Notes under the pieces: generated by a model
What the model was told of the DNA's origin: nothing
The model's input: only the letters and a program-made list of their open reading frames with translations
Databases searched by the model: none
Made by a program: the position numbers and the translations under genes
From: an uncultured Cyclobacteriaceae bacterium
Lineage (GTDB): Bacteria; Bacteroidota; Bacteroidia; Cytophagales; Cyclobacteriaceae
Length of the DNA stretch: 64,000 nucleotides
Assembly: GCA_964235605.1 (NCBI GenBank)
Contig: CAXSCR010000003.1
Location: forward strand, 112,275-176,274
Reading direction: 5' to 3'
Shown here: piece after piece, positions 47,339 to 57,948 of the stretch
Position numbering within the stretch: the stretch's first letter is position 1
Layout: each line of letters begins with the position of its first letter

Positions 47339-48760
47339 TTAAGCAACACGCAGCTTTAATTTCTTTCCTAATTCTTCTACGGAAGCTTTAAAATTAGGAT
47401 CAGTCTTCATCATGTCTTCAACTGACTCGAGTGCGTGGATTACTGTGCTGTGATCACGACCACCAAAATTTCCTCCAATTAACGCAAGGGTAAGTTGGGT
47501 GTAACGCTTGCAGAAGTACATTGCTACCTGACGTGGAATAACGATTTCACGTTTCTTAACCTTGCCTTTCATGGCTTCGAGGTTAATTTTAAAATACTCT
47601 GATACTGTTTTTTGAATAAAATCAACGCTTACATCAGACTGAATTTCTTTGATAATATTTTTTAAGACCTCTTTCGCTAACTCCAAATTAATGTCCTTCT
47701 TTAATAAAGTAGCATGAAAGATCATGGAGTTCATTACACCTTCCATGTCACGCAAATTTGTGTCGACGCTGTAAGCAAGATATTCTGATACTTCAGTTGG
47801 AATTTCAATACCATCAGCAAGCATCTTTCTATTAATGATCGCTAATTTAGTTTCGAAGTCAGGTTCTTGTAAATCGGCAGTCAACCCCCATTTAAATCTA
47901 GACAGCAATCGTTCTTGGAAGCCTTTAAGATCGCGAGGAGGACAATCACTGGTCATAATAACTTGTTTGCCAGACTGATGAAGTTGATTGAAGATATGGA
48001 AAAACATTTCCTGGGTCTTCTCTCTCCCAGCAAGAAACTGTACATCATCAAGTATGAGCAGATCTACCTGTAAATAGAAATTTTGAAAATCTTGAAGTCT
48101 ATGGTTTTGTAACGCATTGAGAAACTGATTGGTGAAATCATTTTGATCAACATACAAAACTACCTTGCTCGGCATGTTGTTCTTAATCTCATTACCGATG
48201 GCTTGAACCAAGTGCGTTTTACCAACACCTACTCCGCCATAAAGCATCAACGGATTAAAAGAAGTAATGCCTGGTTTCTTAGCAACTGCCAATCCGGCTG
48301 ATCTTGCCAATCGATTGCAATCGCCTTCTACGAAATTGTCAAATGTATATGTGTTATTTAATCTTGAGTTAACAGTGAGCGGATTTAGCGCTTTAAAAGT
48401 AAAGGGTGTGTACTCATCAGAGAAGCCCCCATTGTTCATGGCGCTGCGCCTTGTGCCACCACCATTCGGATAGTTTACTGCCAATGGCGGATTGCTTGTG
48501 TTTCCGCTGTCAACAATAACAGAGTACTCAAGTCGACCCGTTGCACCTAAGACAGTATGAATTGCTTTTTTAAGAACAGGTACATAGTTATCTTCTAACC
48601 ATTCGTAAAAAAATTGAGAAGGCACTTGAATAGTAAGTACGTCTCCATCAACACGTAAAGGCGATATAGGCCTAAACCACGTATTGAAATTTTCGTCTCC
48701 TACGTTTTCACGTATTACTTCGAGACAGTCATTCCATACGGTGCCGCAGCTTACTTCCAT
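47339..48760 (-). CDS. dnaA: Chromosomal replication initiator protein DnaA
   Basis: AAA+ Walker A GGVGVGKTHL, LLILDDVQFL, and the C-terminal DNA-binding region GGRDHSTVIHA. Confidence 0.95.
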   Translation of the reverse strand: MEVSCGTVWNDCLEVIRENVGDENFNTWFRPISPLRVDGDVLTIQVPSQFFYEWLEDNYVPVLKKAIHTVLGATGRLEYSVIVDSGNTSNPPLAVNYPNGGGTRRSAMNNGGFSDEYTPFTFKALNPLTVNSRLNNTYTFDNFVEGDCNRLARSAGLAVAKKPGITSFNPLMLYGGVGVGKTHLVQAIGNEIKNNMPSKVVLYVDQNDFTNQFLNALQNHRLQDFQNFYLQVDLLILDDVQFLAGREKTQEMFFHIFNQLHQSGKQVIMTSDCPPRDLKGFQERLLSRFKWGLTADLQEPDFETKLAIINRKMLADGIEIPTEVSEYLAYSVDTNLRDMEGVMNSMIFHATLLKKDINLELAKEVLKNIIKEIQSDVSVDFIQKTVSEYFKINLEAMKGKVKKREIVIPRQVAMYFCKRYTQLTLALIGGNFGGRDHSTVIHALESVEDMMKTDPNFKASVEELGKKLKLRVA

Positions 48761-49032
48761 GGATTATTACTTATTTTGGATTCGGTTCCTGCTTAGAGGA
48801 AGGGGGACAAAGATGTAGAAAAAGAGTTTAAGAAAACAAGGGGAAGGGTGCTTGACTTTTTAGAAATATTTGCTTGCTAAATAAAAACCCATCTAAACCA
48901 CCATTGCGGACTAATAACCAACAAATTAAATTTTTTAAAAGTTATGTTCTGTTTTATTTACTTTGGTAGCGGGGCAAATTGGTGAAAAATCTATGCTGTT
49001 TACAGATAAAAATTAAATCTTAAAGAAAAGCA

Positions 49033-50130
49033 ATGACTTTTAACAAACTTTTATCCGAAACATTTCCCAATGCGGACAAAACTAAATGGCAAAAGGCTGC
49101 CTTATCGGAAATTCATGGAAACGTGATAGAATCTTTACAGTGGGAAACTTCTAACCTAAGATTTGATGCGTATTATGACCAAACAGATCTTTCAAAAATA
49201 AAATATCTTAATAATTTTCTTCTACAAGATAACGCCACAGAATATTCTGGACCAAGATCATGGAGTTCTATCGCTCACGTTCCTTTAAACGAAGATGCTA
49301 TAGCCAACCAACTTGCACTTGATCATTTAAAAAACGGGGCCGATGGCATAGTCTTTAATTTGCCCAATAGAAGTACTGATTTTAACGTATTGTTGGAAAA
49401 AATAGAATGGCCTTACTGTACTATATTATTTTTGGCACATAACAACTACCCACTTACATCACTTAACCATTATTTTGAGCAAAACTATAAAGACAAAGAA
49501 TTACCAGGTGCTATCTTTTGGTCGGATATAAAATCAATTAATGTTCCGCGTCAAGATATTGGAAAGTTTAAAAAATTAGGTCTCTATATTAACGCCTCGT
49601 CACCAGTAGAGGAAATAGCAGAGGCATTGACCCGGGCCGTGCAACTTATTGATCAATTTCAAGAAATATCAGGTTATACGCCAGAAAGAATAATAAATAA
49701 TATTGCCTTTTCTATTCCGATAAGCAATACAATGCTCGTTGAAGTAGCCAAATTAAAAGCACTTAGGATACTGTGGTATCAAATAACACAAGCATTTCAG
49801 CTCCCCTCCTATCAACCTGATGATTTATATATACACACTCGTTCAGAAGTATATGTAAACGAAAAATATCAACCGCATGGTAACATGTTGAGTAACACCA
49901 TTTCTTCCATGGCTGCTATTGCAGGTGGATGCAATGCACATACCATTTATGCAGCAAGTGATACAGAAAAATGGATGAACAGAATTGCCATAAATACTTC
50001 TACCATACTACGAGATGAAGCACACTTTGGAAGAGTAGCAGATGTCTTTGCGGGATCTTATACAGTTGACACCTTGGTTGACAAACTATCACATCAAGCA
50101 TGGGAAAAATTCAAATCCCAAATTAAATAA
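49033..50130 (+). CDS. mutA: Methylmalonyl-CoA mutase small (beta) subunit-like protein, short form
   Basis: It lies immediately upstream of the catalytic subunit. It has mutase-barrel-like segments ([19 protein letters not shown]). At 365 aa no B12-binding domain is evident. Confidence 0.65.
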   Translation: MTFNKLLSETFPNADKTKWQKAALSEIHGNVIESLQWETSNLRFDAYYDQTDLSKIKYLNNFLLQDNATEYSGPRSWSSIAHVPLNEDAIANQLALDHLKNGADGIVFNLPNRSTDFNVLLEKIEWPYCTILFLAHNNYPLTSLNHYFEQNYKDKELPGAIFWSDIKSINVPRQDIGKFKKLGLYINASSPVEEIAEALTRAVQLIDQFQEISGYTPERIINNIAFSIPISNTMLVEVAKLKALRILWYQITQAFQLPSYQPDDLYIHTRSEVYVNEKYQPHGNMLSNTISSMAAIAGGCNAHTIYAASDTEKWMNRIAINTSTILRDEAHFGRVADVFAGSYTVDTLVDKLSHQAWEKFKSQIK

Positions 50131-50134
50131 TAGA

Positions 50135-52267
50135 ATGAAACCCGATTTCAAATCTCTTGCCTATAATCATTATCAACCTAAGAACCGGTATGTAAAAGAT
50201 ACACCTGCATGGAAGAAGAGTGCAGAAACAATAGACATAAAATCAAGTTATACAGAAACCGATATTTTAAAATTTACACATCTTAATTACACCTCTGGCA
50301 TACCGCCTTATCTGCGTGGACCTTATGCCACCATGTATGCTACTAAACCTTGGACCATCAGACAATATGCTGGATTCTCTACAGCGAAAGATTCAAACAA
50401 TTTTTATCGTAAAAATCTAGCGGCAGGGCAACGCGGACTTTCAATTGCGTTTGATCTAGCAACACATAGAGGTTATGACTCTGACCATGCACGCGTTACT
50501 GGCGATGTTGGCAAAGCCGGAGTTGCCATTGATTCCGTATTAGATATGAAAATTTTATTTGATCAGATACCACTTGATAAGATGTCTGTATCAATGACTA
50601 TGAATGGTGCTGTACTGCCAATCATGGCTTTCTATATTGTAGCAGCAGAAGAGCAAGGCGTACAACCGCAGCAACTAAGTGGAACCATTCAAAATGATAT
50701 TCTAAAAGAATTCATGGTGCGTAATACCTATATCTATCCACCTACACCTTCCATGCGCATTGTTGCCGATATCTTTGAATACACATCGCGCAACATGCCT
50801 AAATTTAATTCAATTAGCATAAGCGGATATCATATGCATGAAGCTGGCGCACCTGCGCACTTAGAACTTGCCTATACGCTAGCTGATGGACTAGAGTATA
50901 TACGCACAGGTATAAAAGCAGGTATTGCTATCGATGACTTTGCACCACGCCTTTCTTTTTTCTGGGGAATAGGAATGAACTTCTTTATGGAAGTGGCAAA
51001 GATGCGTGCGGCACGCCTGCTTTGGTCTAAGATCGTTCAGCAGTTCAATCCAAAAAATAAAAAGTCATTGGCATTACGAACACATTGCCAAACTTCAGGC
51101 TGGAGTTTAACGGAACAAGATCCTTTCAACAATGTTACGCGTACGTGTGTTGAAGCCATGGCTGCTATACTTGGTGGCACACAATCATTGCATACAAACT
51201 CACTTGATGAAGCCATTGCCTTACCAACTGATTTCTCTGCAAGAATAGCACGAAACACACAACTCTTTATTGAAAAAGAAACGGGTATTACAAAGGTTGT
51301 CGATCCGCTTGGTGGCTCATACTATGTGGAAAGTCTTACCGCAGAGCTGGCCGAAAAAGCATGGGGGCTTATTGAGGAAGTTGAAAAACTTGGTGGTATG
51401 ACAAAAGCCATTGAAAGTGGAATACCAAAAATGCGCATTGAGCAAGCAGCTGCTGCCAAGCAAGCACGAATTGAAGCAGGTAAAGACATTATTGTTGGTG
51501 TTAACAAATATCAGGTAAGCGAAAAGCAGCACGATCTTGAAATTCTAGAAGTTGACAATGCTGCTGTGCGATTAGAACAAATTGAAAGACTTACTCAACT
51601 AAGAAAAGAACGCAATACAAATGATGTTGAACGCGCCCTCAATGCTTTAACTGAAGCTGCCAAATCAGGTCAGGGTAATTTACTTGAGCTTGCCATTGAT
51701 GCTGCACGTAAGCGCGCAACACTTGGGGAGATTTCAACCGCTTTAGAAAAAATATTCGGGAGATATAAAGCCACCATAAGATCTATTTCTGGTGTATATT
51801 CGGGAGAGATGAAAAATCAAAAAGAATTTGAGGTAGCAAGAAAACTTGCTGACCATTTCGCAGAACTTGATGGGCGAAGGCCACGCATACTCATAGCCAA
51901 GATGGGTCAAGATGGTCATGACCGTGGCGCTAAAGTAATTGCGACAAGTTTTGCAGACTTGGGTTTTGATGTGGACATCGGTCCGCTGTTTCAAACACCT
52001 GAAGAAGTTGCTATGCAAGCTGCTGAAAATGATGTACACATAATTGGTGCATCAAGTCTTGCTGGAGGTCATAAAACATTGGTTCCTGAACTTATTGCTG
52101 CACTTAAAAATATTGGTAGACCAGACATCATGGTGGTTGCAGGTGGCGTCATTCCTCAACAGGATTATGATTTTCTTCATAAAGCTGGCGTTATCTTCAT
52201 ATTTGGGCCTGGAACTGTAATAACAGAAGCCGCTCAGGTAATTTTAAAAAAGCTATTAGAAGACTAA
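50135..52267 (+). CDS. mutB: Methylmalonyl-CoA mutase large (alpha) subunit
   Basis: Contains [44 protein letters not shown] and the C-terminal B12-binding [11 protein letters not shown] (DxHxxG). ATG 50135 is preferred over the ORF-track alternative start 50042. Confidence 0.95.
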   Translation: MKPDFKSLAYNHYQPKNRYVKDTPAWKKSAETIDIKSSYTETDILKFTHLNYTSGIPPYLRGPYATMYATKPWTIRQYAGFSTAKDSNNFYRKNLAAGQRGLSIAFDLATHRGYDSDHARVTGDVGKAGVAIDSVLDMKILFDQIPLDKMSVSMTMNGAVLPIMAFYIVAAEEQGVQPQQLSGTIQNDILKEFMVRNTYIYPPTPSMRIVADIFEYTSRNMPKFNSISISGYHMHEAGAPAHLELAYTLADGLEYIRTGIKAGIAIDDFAPRLSFFWGIGMNFFMEVAKMRAARLLWSKIVQQFNPKNKKSLALRTHCQTSGWSLTEQDPFNNVTRTCVEAMAAILGGTQSLHTNSLDEAIALPTDFSARIARNTQLFIEKETGITKVVDPLGGSYYVESLTAELAEKAWGLIEEVEKLGGMTKAIESGIPKMRIEQAAAAKQARIEAGKDIIVGVNKYQVSEKQHDLEILEVDNAAVRLEQIERLTQLRKERNTNDVERALNALTEAAKSGQGNLLELAIDAARKRATLGEISTALEKIFGRYKATIRSISGVYSGEMKNQKEFEVARKLADHFAELDGRRPRILIAKMGQDGHDRGAKVIATSFADLGFDVDIGPLFQTPEEVAMQAAENDVHIIGASSLAGGHKTLVPELIAALKNIGRPDIMVVAGGVIPQQDYDFLHKAGVIFIFGPGTVITEAAQVILKKLLED

Positions 52268-52362
52268 GCAACTGTCAATAAAGAATGCAGATCCATCTGT
52301 TAAATTAGTACAAAAAATTCCATCAAATTCGTTAAATTAGGGACTGGTTCAACTCCCTAACA

Positions 52363-55300
52363 ATGAAAAAAATATTGTTATCTTGCCTGTTCTCTGCCTC
52401 TCTTATTTTATTGACATCAGCGGTCTTTGCGCAGAAGAAATATGACAACACGCTGAAGAAAGCAAATTTCTTATATAGTTCTGGCAATTATAAAAAAGCA
52501 TCTAAGACTTTACAAAAATTAAAAAAGTCAGTTACAACCGACCTTGGAGCGCAGAATAATTACATGCCTGCATATTACATTCTGGAAGCAAAAAACAATT
52601 TAGCGCTTGGTGTTCTTGTCGGTTTTGAAAGTACACTTGAAAGTGCATTAGCTGCTAGCTTCAATACATACGGTGAGAGCAACGTTAATCATGCCGTAAC
52701 TATGATTGACATTGCTGAGGTATATAACTTATATGGCAACTTCAGATTAAGTAAAGAGTTTATACAAAAAGCAAGGCTACTACTTGAAAAATCAAATCTA
52801 CTTACTGACGAGCTGAAAGGTCGCATGGCGTTAGCAGAAGCTGAAGCCTTAATCGGTCAAGGTTTTATTAATGATGCGATTGAAATATTAAAAAGTGTTG
52901 ATTCTTATTTTGCATCACGAGCTATAGAAAAAGAATCAATTGTAGAAGGAGGATCAATTAAAACTAAGCGCGTTCCTATTGATGAACTCCCCATTCGTTT
53001 CGGTAGCTACGCTAAGCTATTAACCCTTTATGGAAACGCTTACTCTAAGAAAGGAAGAATATCAATTGGCGGCGGTGATACTGAAAATACAGATGCTGCT
53101 TTCAAGGCAGAAGAAAATTGGTTAAGGGGAAAAACAAAATACTTAGGAGAAACGAGCTTGATACCCCTTGAGTTTCGTTATTACTGGGCCATGGCATTGG
53201 TCGAAAATGGTAATAAAGAACGCGAGTCGCAATTACAGTTCGAAAAGATTCTGAACGAGTTAAAAAGAAAGGTAATTCCTACCAGTGCGCTTGCACATGC
53301 ACTCTATCTAAACTATTTAAAGCAACTTCTCGATGAAGATAATGGAACACGTTACAGAAGCACGAAATCAGAATATCATAAAGCCATCAATAAATATTTT
53401 CCAAAAACGAGTCTACACCGCCTTAACATGCAGGCAGTAGAATTCAATTCCAAACTAAGCAAAGACAAAACAAAAAACCTGGAGCAAGAAGCGCTTAACG
53501 TTTTAAAGACTTTACCAAAGACCTATAAGACCACACTTCAAATATTAGCATTCCTATACGATGTAGCACTAGCTGAAAAACGCTACGCAAATGCAGAAGG
53601 CTACCTCAATCAAATAGTTGAGGCCAAGAAAGAGCTGTGTGGAGAAACTACTCCTGAGTATCACCTAGCTAAAATTAAGTTGGCCAATTTCTATTTGGAT
53701 TACACCAACAAGTTTGAGGAAGCCGGAAAAATATATGATGAGAGTTATTATAAAGTTGTTGCTAATCAAATTGGAGAGCAACATAAAGATTTGATCAATA
53801 TATTAAATCACATGGCCCAGTATTATGAACTGACTGATAAATATGCCCAAGCCTCTAAAATATTAAAAGCTGCTTCAGATGCAGCAATATCAAAATATCA
53901 AAATGATGACATCTTGTACGGCATAGAGCTTAACAACATTGCTAAGCTTCAACTAAAACTAGGCGAATATGAAGAGGCCGAAAAAAATCTTACTAAAGCG
54001 CTCTCTGTAATTCGCCTTAAATCAAACGACGTGTATCTCGAACAGCAACCGGCATACATTAACACCTTAGAAACACAAGCAAAATTATATGGCATAAAAG
54101 GTCTATTCGAAGAGGCTGAAGAAAATCTAGACCGCACCAAGAAATTGATATCTAAATCCGCCACCCATGTTGTAATAGACAAGCTTTCTACTGCAAAAGA
54201 ACTCTCTAGTCTGTTCATTCAACTAGGCAGGTATGCTGAAACAGATGATTTATTAGATAAGCTATTAATGGATAGCGAAAAGATTTTTGGTAAAAATTCT
54301 TTACATCTTATAGAACCGCTAGTCGATAAAGGCAAGATATTGTTAGCGAAAGGTGATTATACCGAGGCAGAAAAATTTGCCCTGCGTGCCCATGACATTG
54401 CCATAAAAACGTACGGTGAAAATTCAACTAAGACTGCTCCGACGCAAAAGCTCCTAAGTGATATTTATTATACACTAGGTGATTATGAAAAGGCTGAAGA
54501 AAACATTACCCAAGCCATGTCAAGTCAAGAAAAAAACTTTGGCAGAAATCATATTGAAGTAGCCAAGTCACTTTCACAATTAGCACTTATAAAATTCTAT
54601 AAAGGAGATAGCAGAAAAATAGTTGAAAAATACCTCCTCGAAGCGCGAGACATTATGGCTACCAAGCTAGGAAAAGATAATCCACAGTATGCTGAAATAT
54701 TAAAGAATGTTGCCGTTCTCTACATTGCAGAAAAGAATTACGAAATTGCTTTCAGCTCATTAACCGATGCAGAAAATATTTGGCGAACAAAAACTGGAAC
54801 TAAAAATAACATTAACGCTGCCAGCATCTATACCCTTACGGGAGATGTGTACTATCAAATAAAAAATTATAAGAAGGCGGAAGAATTCTACAATAAATCT
54901 AAAGACTTATATGAGAAGTTCTTTAGTGCGACACACCCAGAATATGTAAAAGTACTTTCGAAGCTAAGCAAAGTGTATTACATGGAGAAAGACTACAAGC
55001 GTTCGAAACGTATGGTGGAAGAATCGCTTGAAAATTACGAAAATTTTATCAAGCTATACTTCCCCGCCTTAAGTGAACGGGCAAAGGCAAAGTATTGGAA
55101 TACGATTAAAGGTGATTTCGAGTTCTACAATACACTTGCATTTAGTAACCTTGAAGACTTTAAAGACTTAACAGAAAAAGTTTATAATTATCAATTGCTC
55201 ACCAAAGCATTACTACTAAGCTCGTCAATAAAAATAAGAGAGAGAATATTAAATAGCACAGATGAAGATTTGAAAAATCAATATAACGAATGGGTAGTGA

Positions 55301-56610
55301 AGAAAGAGAAACTCACGTTGGCACTTTCTATGAGTGCTGCCCAACTTTTAGAAAATGAAATAAATCCAAATACTTTACTACAAGAAGTAGAAGCAATAGA
55401 GAAAGAACTTAGTCAACGTTCAGAACTATTCGGACAAGCCTTTGATAATAAACGTATCACTTTCGAAGACGTTAAGAAGTCATTGCTTCCCAATGAAGTT
55501 GCTATTGAAATGGTTCGCTACAGACACTTTAACCATACCTTTACCGACTCTGTGATCTATGCTGCACTATATGTGCGAAATGAATTTGCGAAACCAAAAG
55601 CTATACTTTTAAAAGATGGCCATAAAATGGAAACTCGTTTCTTTAAATACTATCGCAACACAATTATGGGGAAAGTACACGATGATATTTCATATGCAGT
55701 GTATTGGGAACCTTTGTATAAAGAGATTGGGCAGGCAGCAAGTATATATCTGTCAGCTGATGGAATCTATAACCAAATTAACCTTGAGACAATAGCAACA
55801 CCTGATGGAAAATATGTCATTGACAATTCGAACATTGTGTTAGTAAGCAATACCAAAGACATGTATGTGCGAAAAATTAAAACCCGAATAGCGTCAACAG
55901 AAAATACGGCCACCATATTTGGCAATCCTACATTCTATCTTACAGCTTCAGCAGGCCAGTCTGTTAGTTCACTTCCAGGAACTGAAAAAGAAGTTAATCA
56001 GGTACAATTCATGTTGAAACAAAAAGGCTGGACTACCAATGAATACATGGAGAAGACTGCCACCGAGGAGAGAGTAAAAGAATTAAACAGTCCCAAGATA
56101 TTTCACATTGCTACGCACGGTTTCTATAAACCTACAGAGCAGGTAAGGATGGAGGAAGAATTAGAGGGTAATGAAGCCACACTCACACAGAATCCCCTGA
56201 TGAGAACAGGTTTACTATTAAAAGGTGCTGGCGATTTGTTAGATAAAACAAACCATAATTACAACATGGACAACGGCATACTTACAGCCTACGAAGCCAT
56301 GAGTTTAAATTTAGATAAGACAGATTTGGTCGTGCTTAGTGCTTGCGAAACGGGTCTCGGTGAACTTCAATCAGGCGAAGGTGTTTATGGCCTTCAACGT
56401 GCGTTTCTCGTTGCCGGCGCAAAAGTGCTTATCATGAGTATGTTTAAAGTTGATGATGACGCGACGCAAAAACTAATGTTGAAGTTCTATCAAAAATGGC
56501 TCAACAGCGGCAACATGCGTGTTAGCTTTATCGATGCTAAAAAAGAATTACGGCTCGAATATCCTGAACCAATTTATTGGGGTGCGTTTATAATGATTGG
56601 TTTGGATTAA
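52363..56610 (+). CDS. Signal-peptide TPR-repeat protein with C-terminal CHAT (caspase-like) protease domain
   Basis: Signal peptide MKKILLSCLFSASLILLTSAVFAQ. About 1000 aa of TPR-like repeats (Y..LG.Y..AE motifs). CHAT dyad context FHIATHGF and VVLSACETGLGE...GLQRAF. Confidence 0.85.
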   Translation: MKKILLSCLFSASLILLTSAVFAQKKYDNTLKKANFLYSSGNYKKASKTLQKLKKSVTTDLGAQNNYMPAYYILEAKNNLALGVLVGFESTLESALAASFNTYGESNVNHAVTMIDIAEVYNLYGNFRLSKEFIQKARLLLEKSNLLTDELKGRMALAEAEALIGQGFINDAIEILKSVDSYFASRAIEKESIVEGGSIKTKRVPIDELPIRFGSYAKLLTLYGNAYSKKGRISIGGGDTENTDAAFKAEENWLRGKTKYLGETSLIPLEFRYYWAMALVENGNKERESQLQFEKILNELKRKVIPTSALAHALYLNYLKQLLDEDNGTRYRSTKSEYHKAINKYFPKTSLHRLNMQAVEFNSKLSKDKTKNLEQEALNVLKTLPKTYKTTLQILAFLYDVALAEKRYANAEGYLNQIVEAKKELCGETTPEYHLAKIKLANFYLDYTNKFEEAGKIYDESYYKVVANQIGEQHKDLINILNHMAQYYELTDKYAQASKILKAASDAAISKYQNDDILYGIELNNIAKLQLKLGEYEEAEKNLTKALSVIRLKSNDVYLEQQPAYINTLETQAKLYGIKGLFEEAEENLDRTKKLISKSATHVVIDKLSTAKELSSLFIQLGRYAETDDLLDKLLMDSEKIFGKNSLHLIEPLVDKGKILLAKGDYTEAEKFALRAHDIAIKTYGENSTKTAPTQKLLSDIYYTLGDYEKAEENITQAMSSQEKNFGRNHIEVAKSLSQLALIKFYKGDSRKIVEKYLLEARDIMATKLGKDNPQYAEILKNVAVLYIAEKNYEIAFSSLTDAENIWRTKTGTKNNINAASIYTLTGDVYYQIKNYKKAEEFYNKSKDLYEKFFSATHPEYVKVLSKLSKVYYMEKDYKRSKRMVEESLENYENFIKLYFPALSERAKAKYWNTIKGDFEFYNTLAFSNLEDFKDLTEKVYNYQLLTKALLLSSSIKIRERILNSTDEDLKNQYNEWVVKKEKLTLALSMSAAQLLENEINPNTLLQEVEAIEKELSQRSELFGQAFDNKRITFEDVKKSLLPNEVAIEMVRYRHFNHTFTDSVIYAALYVRNEFAKPKAILLKDGHKMETRFFKYYRNTIMGKVHDDISYAVYWEPLYKEIGQAASIYLSADGIYNQINLETIATPDGKYVIDNSNIVLVSNTKDMYVRKIKTRIASTENTATIFGNPTFYLTASAGQSVSSLPGTEKEVNQVQFMLKQKGWTTNEYMEKTATEERVKELNSPKIFHIATHGFYKPTEQVRMEEELEGNEATLTQNPLMRTGLLLKGAGDLLDKTNHNYNMDNGILTAYEAMSLNLDKTDLVVLSACETGLGELQSGEGVYGLQRAFLVAGAKVLIMSMFKVDDDATQKLMLKFYQKWLNSGNMRVSFIDAKKELRLEYPEPIYWGAFIMIGLD

Positions 56611-56724
56611 AAACGATTTTATGAATTAGACTTGATGCGTATGCCTAACCTGAGCCTCGATAATTAAAATTATTTATCCAACCTTATTACACTTTCAAGT
56701 GTCTTAGGTAGGAAATAAATTCTT

Positions 56725-57309
56725 ATGAAAAAGACACTATCAATTACTTTGGTTTGGATAATATTTAACCTAACCGTTTTAACTATCCAGGCCTGCAATC
56801 CCCATGATTGCAATTCAGGACCTTTTAATTTCAAATTAATATCTATTGGAGCTACCTTAAAAAGGTTAACTTCAGAATTACCAACAGATTACTTACCGAC
56901 TGAAAAAGGGATACGATACGATAGCGTCGGAATTGAAGTAAGTAACGAAATTACGACAGCGTCAAGTAATAGTAAAGCAAATTGGATCGATCAAACATTT
57001 GCGTGCAGTCCTGTTGAAAACTATGAGAAACTTAAAGAAATCAGCATTGTCTCATCAGCTAATTATAACTTAGAATACCCGAAAGGATCTGAACTAAAGC
57101 ACATCATTTTAGTAAAAAATGATTATGATAGAGAAGATGAAGAGGTAGCATCAATCGAACTTAACCATGAATTAGATGGAAGAAGTATTCTTCTTATGTT
57201 TAAAGCGCCACCCGCTCAAGATAATGTTCATGACATTACAATTACATATAAACTTACTAATGGTAAGGAACTCCAAACAAAGATTGAAAGCTTAAAGATT
57301 AATAAATAG
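56725..57309 (+). CDS. Hypothetical lipoprotein
   Basis: 194 aa with a signal peptide and lipobox-like LTIQAC. I recognise no family with confidence. Confidence 0.6.
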   Translation: MKKTLSITLVWIIFNLTVLTIQACNPHDCNSGPFNFKLISIGATLKRLTSELPTDYLPTEKGIRYDSVGIEVSNEITTASSNSKANWIDQTFACSPVENYEKLKEISIVSSANYNLEYPKGSELKHIILVKNDYDREDEEVASIELNHELDGRSILLMFKAPPAQDNVHDITITYKLTNGKELQTKIESLKINK

Positions 57310-57450
57310 AACCTGGTCGGTAAGGAAACTATGACAGGTAATAATGATCGTAGTTCTTGTTTGCTGTAGTAATTATTATTTAACGGGTATGGTGGCGCTG
57401 TTCATCTTCCATATCTAAAGAGCACTTATTACAACTTCATGCAGAAGCAC

Positions 57451-57669
57451 TTATCTTCGGGCTGATATTTTCTGCTTCGAGTTGTAAGGCCGAGTTACTT
57501 GAACGATACTTGGGATGAACCCAAATCCCACATCTTTGTCATAAAATTCGATTCCTGCATTGTAATCCCCTCTCGCTTTCCGTAAATATTTAATAAGCAA
57601 CTTTCTGTCAACAGCGTAGTTAACCATTGCTAATTTTCTCCACTCAGCTTGTAAAAAGGTCTTAGTCAT
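57451..57669 (-). pseudogene. Truncated 5' fragment of a DUF2071 (YqjF-like) gene, copy A
   Basis: MTKTFLQAEWRKLAMVNYAVDRKLLIKYL resembles the N-terminus of the DUF2071 family, whose full length I recall as roughly 240 aa. This ORF stops after 72 aa. Only about 140 nt separate it from the next gene. Confidence 0.5.
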
Positions 57670-57948
57670 TAGTCGAAATTTCACCTAACGCCCTGTTACA
57701 TGAGCCGCGCCGGCATTCCAATTTAATAATTATTACCAACTGTATTGTTACCATTTGTACAATTTACACGACACCCCTCGCAATGGTGCACAAGACTTTC
57801 TACAGTGGCGGCCTTAGCTTCCATTAGCCGAATCCATACAACAAAGCATGATAACGATTTGATGCTTAACTTTAGCACTTCTGTCGTCATTGCTTAACAC
57901 CCTTTTGTTAGTGGCGCATTGTTTGACATTCACCATTATTGAAAATTG

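Noticed and set aside
48761-49032. oriC annotated in the dnaA upstream spacer.
   Set aside because: The spacer is AT-rich and sits where the local gene orientation changes. However, I could not find any DnaA box within two mismatches of TTATCCACA on either strand, so I did not call an origin feature.
50042-50134. The ORF-track start of the mutase large subunit, which overlaps mutA by 89 nt.
   Set aside because: The extension is a non-conserved-looking peptide. The ATG at 50135 (MKPDFKSL..) lies 4 nt after the mutA stop and gives a normal N-terminus.
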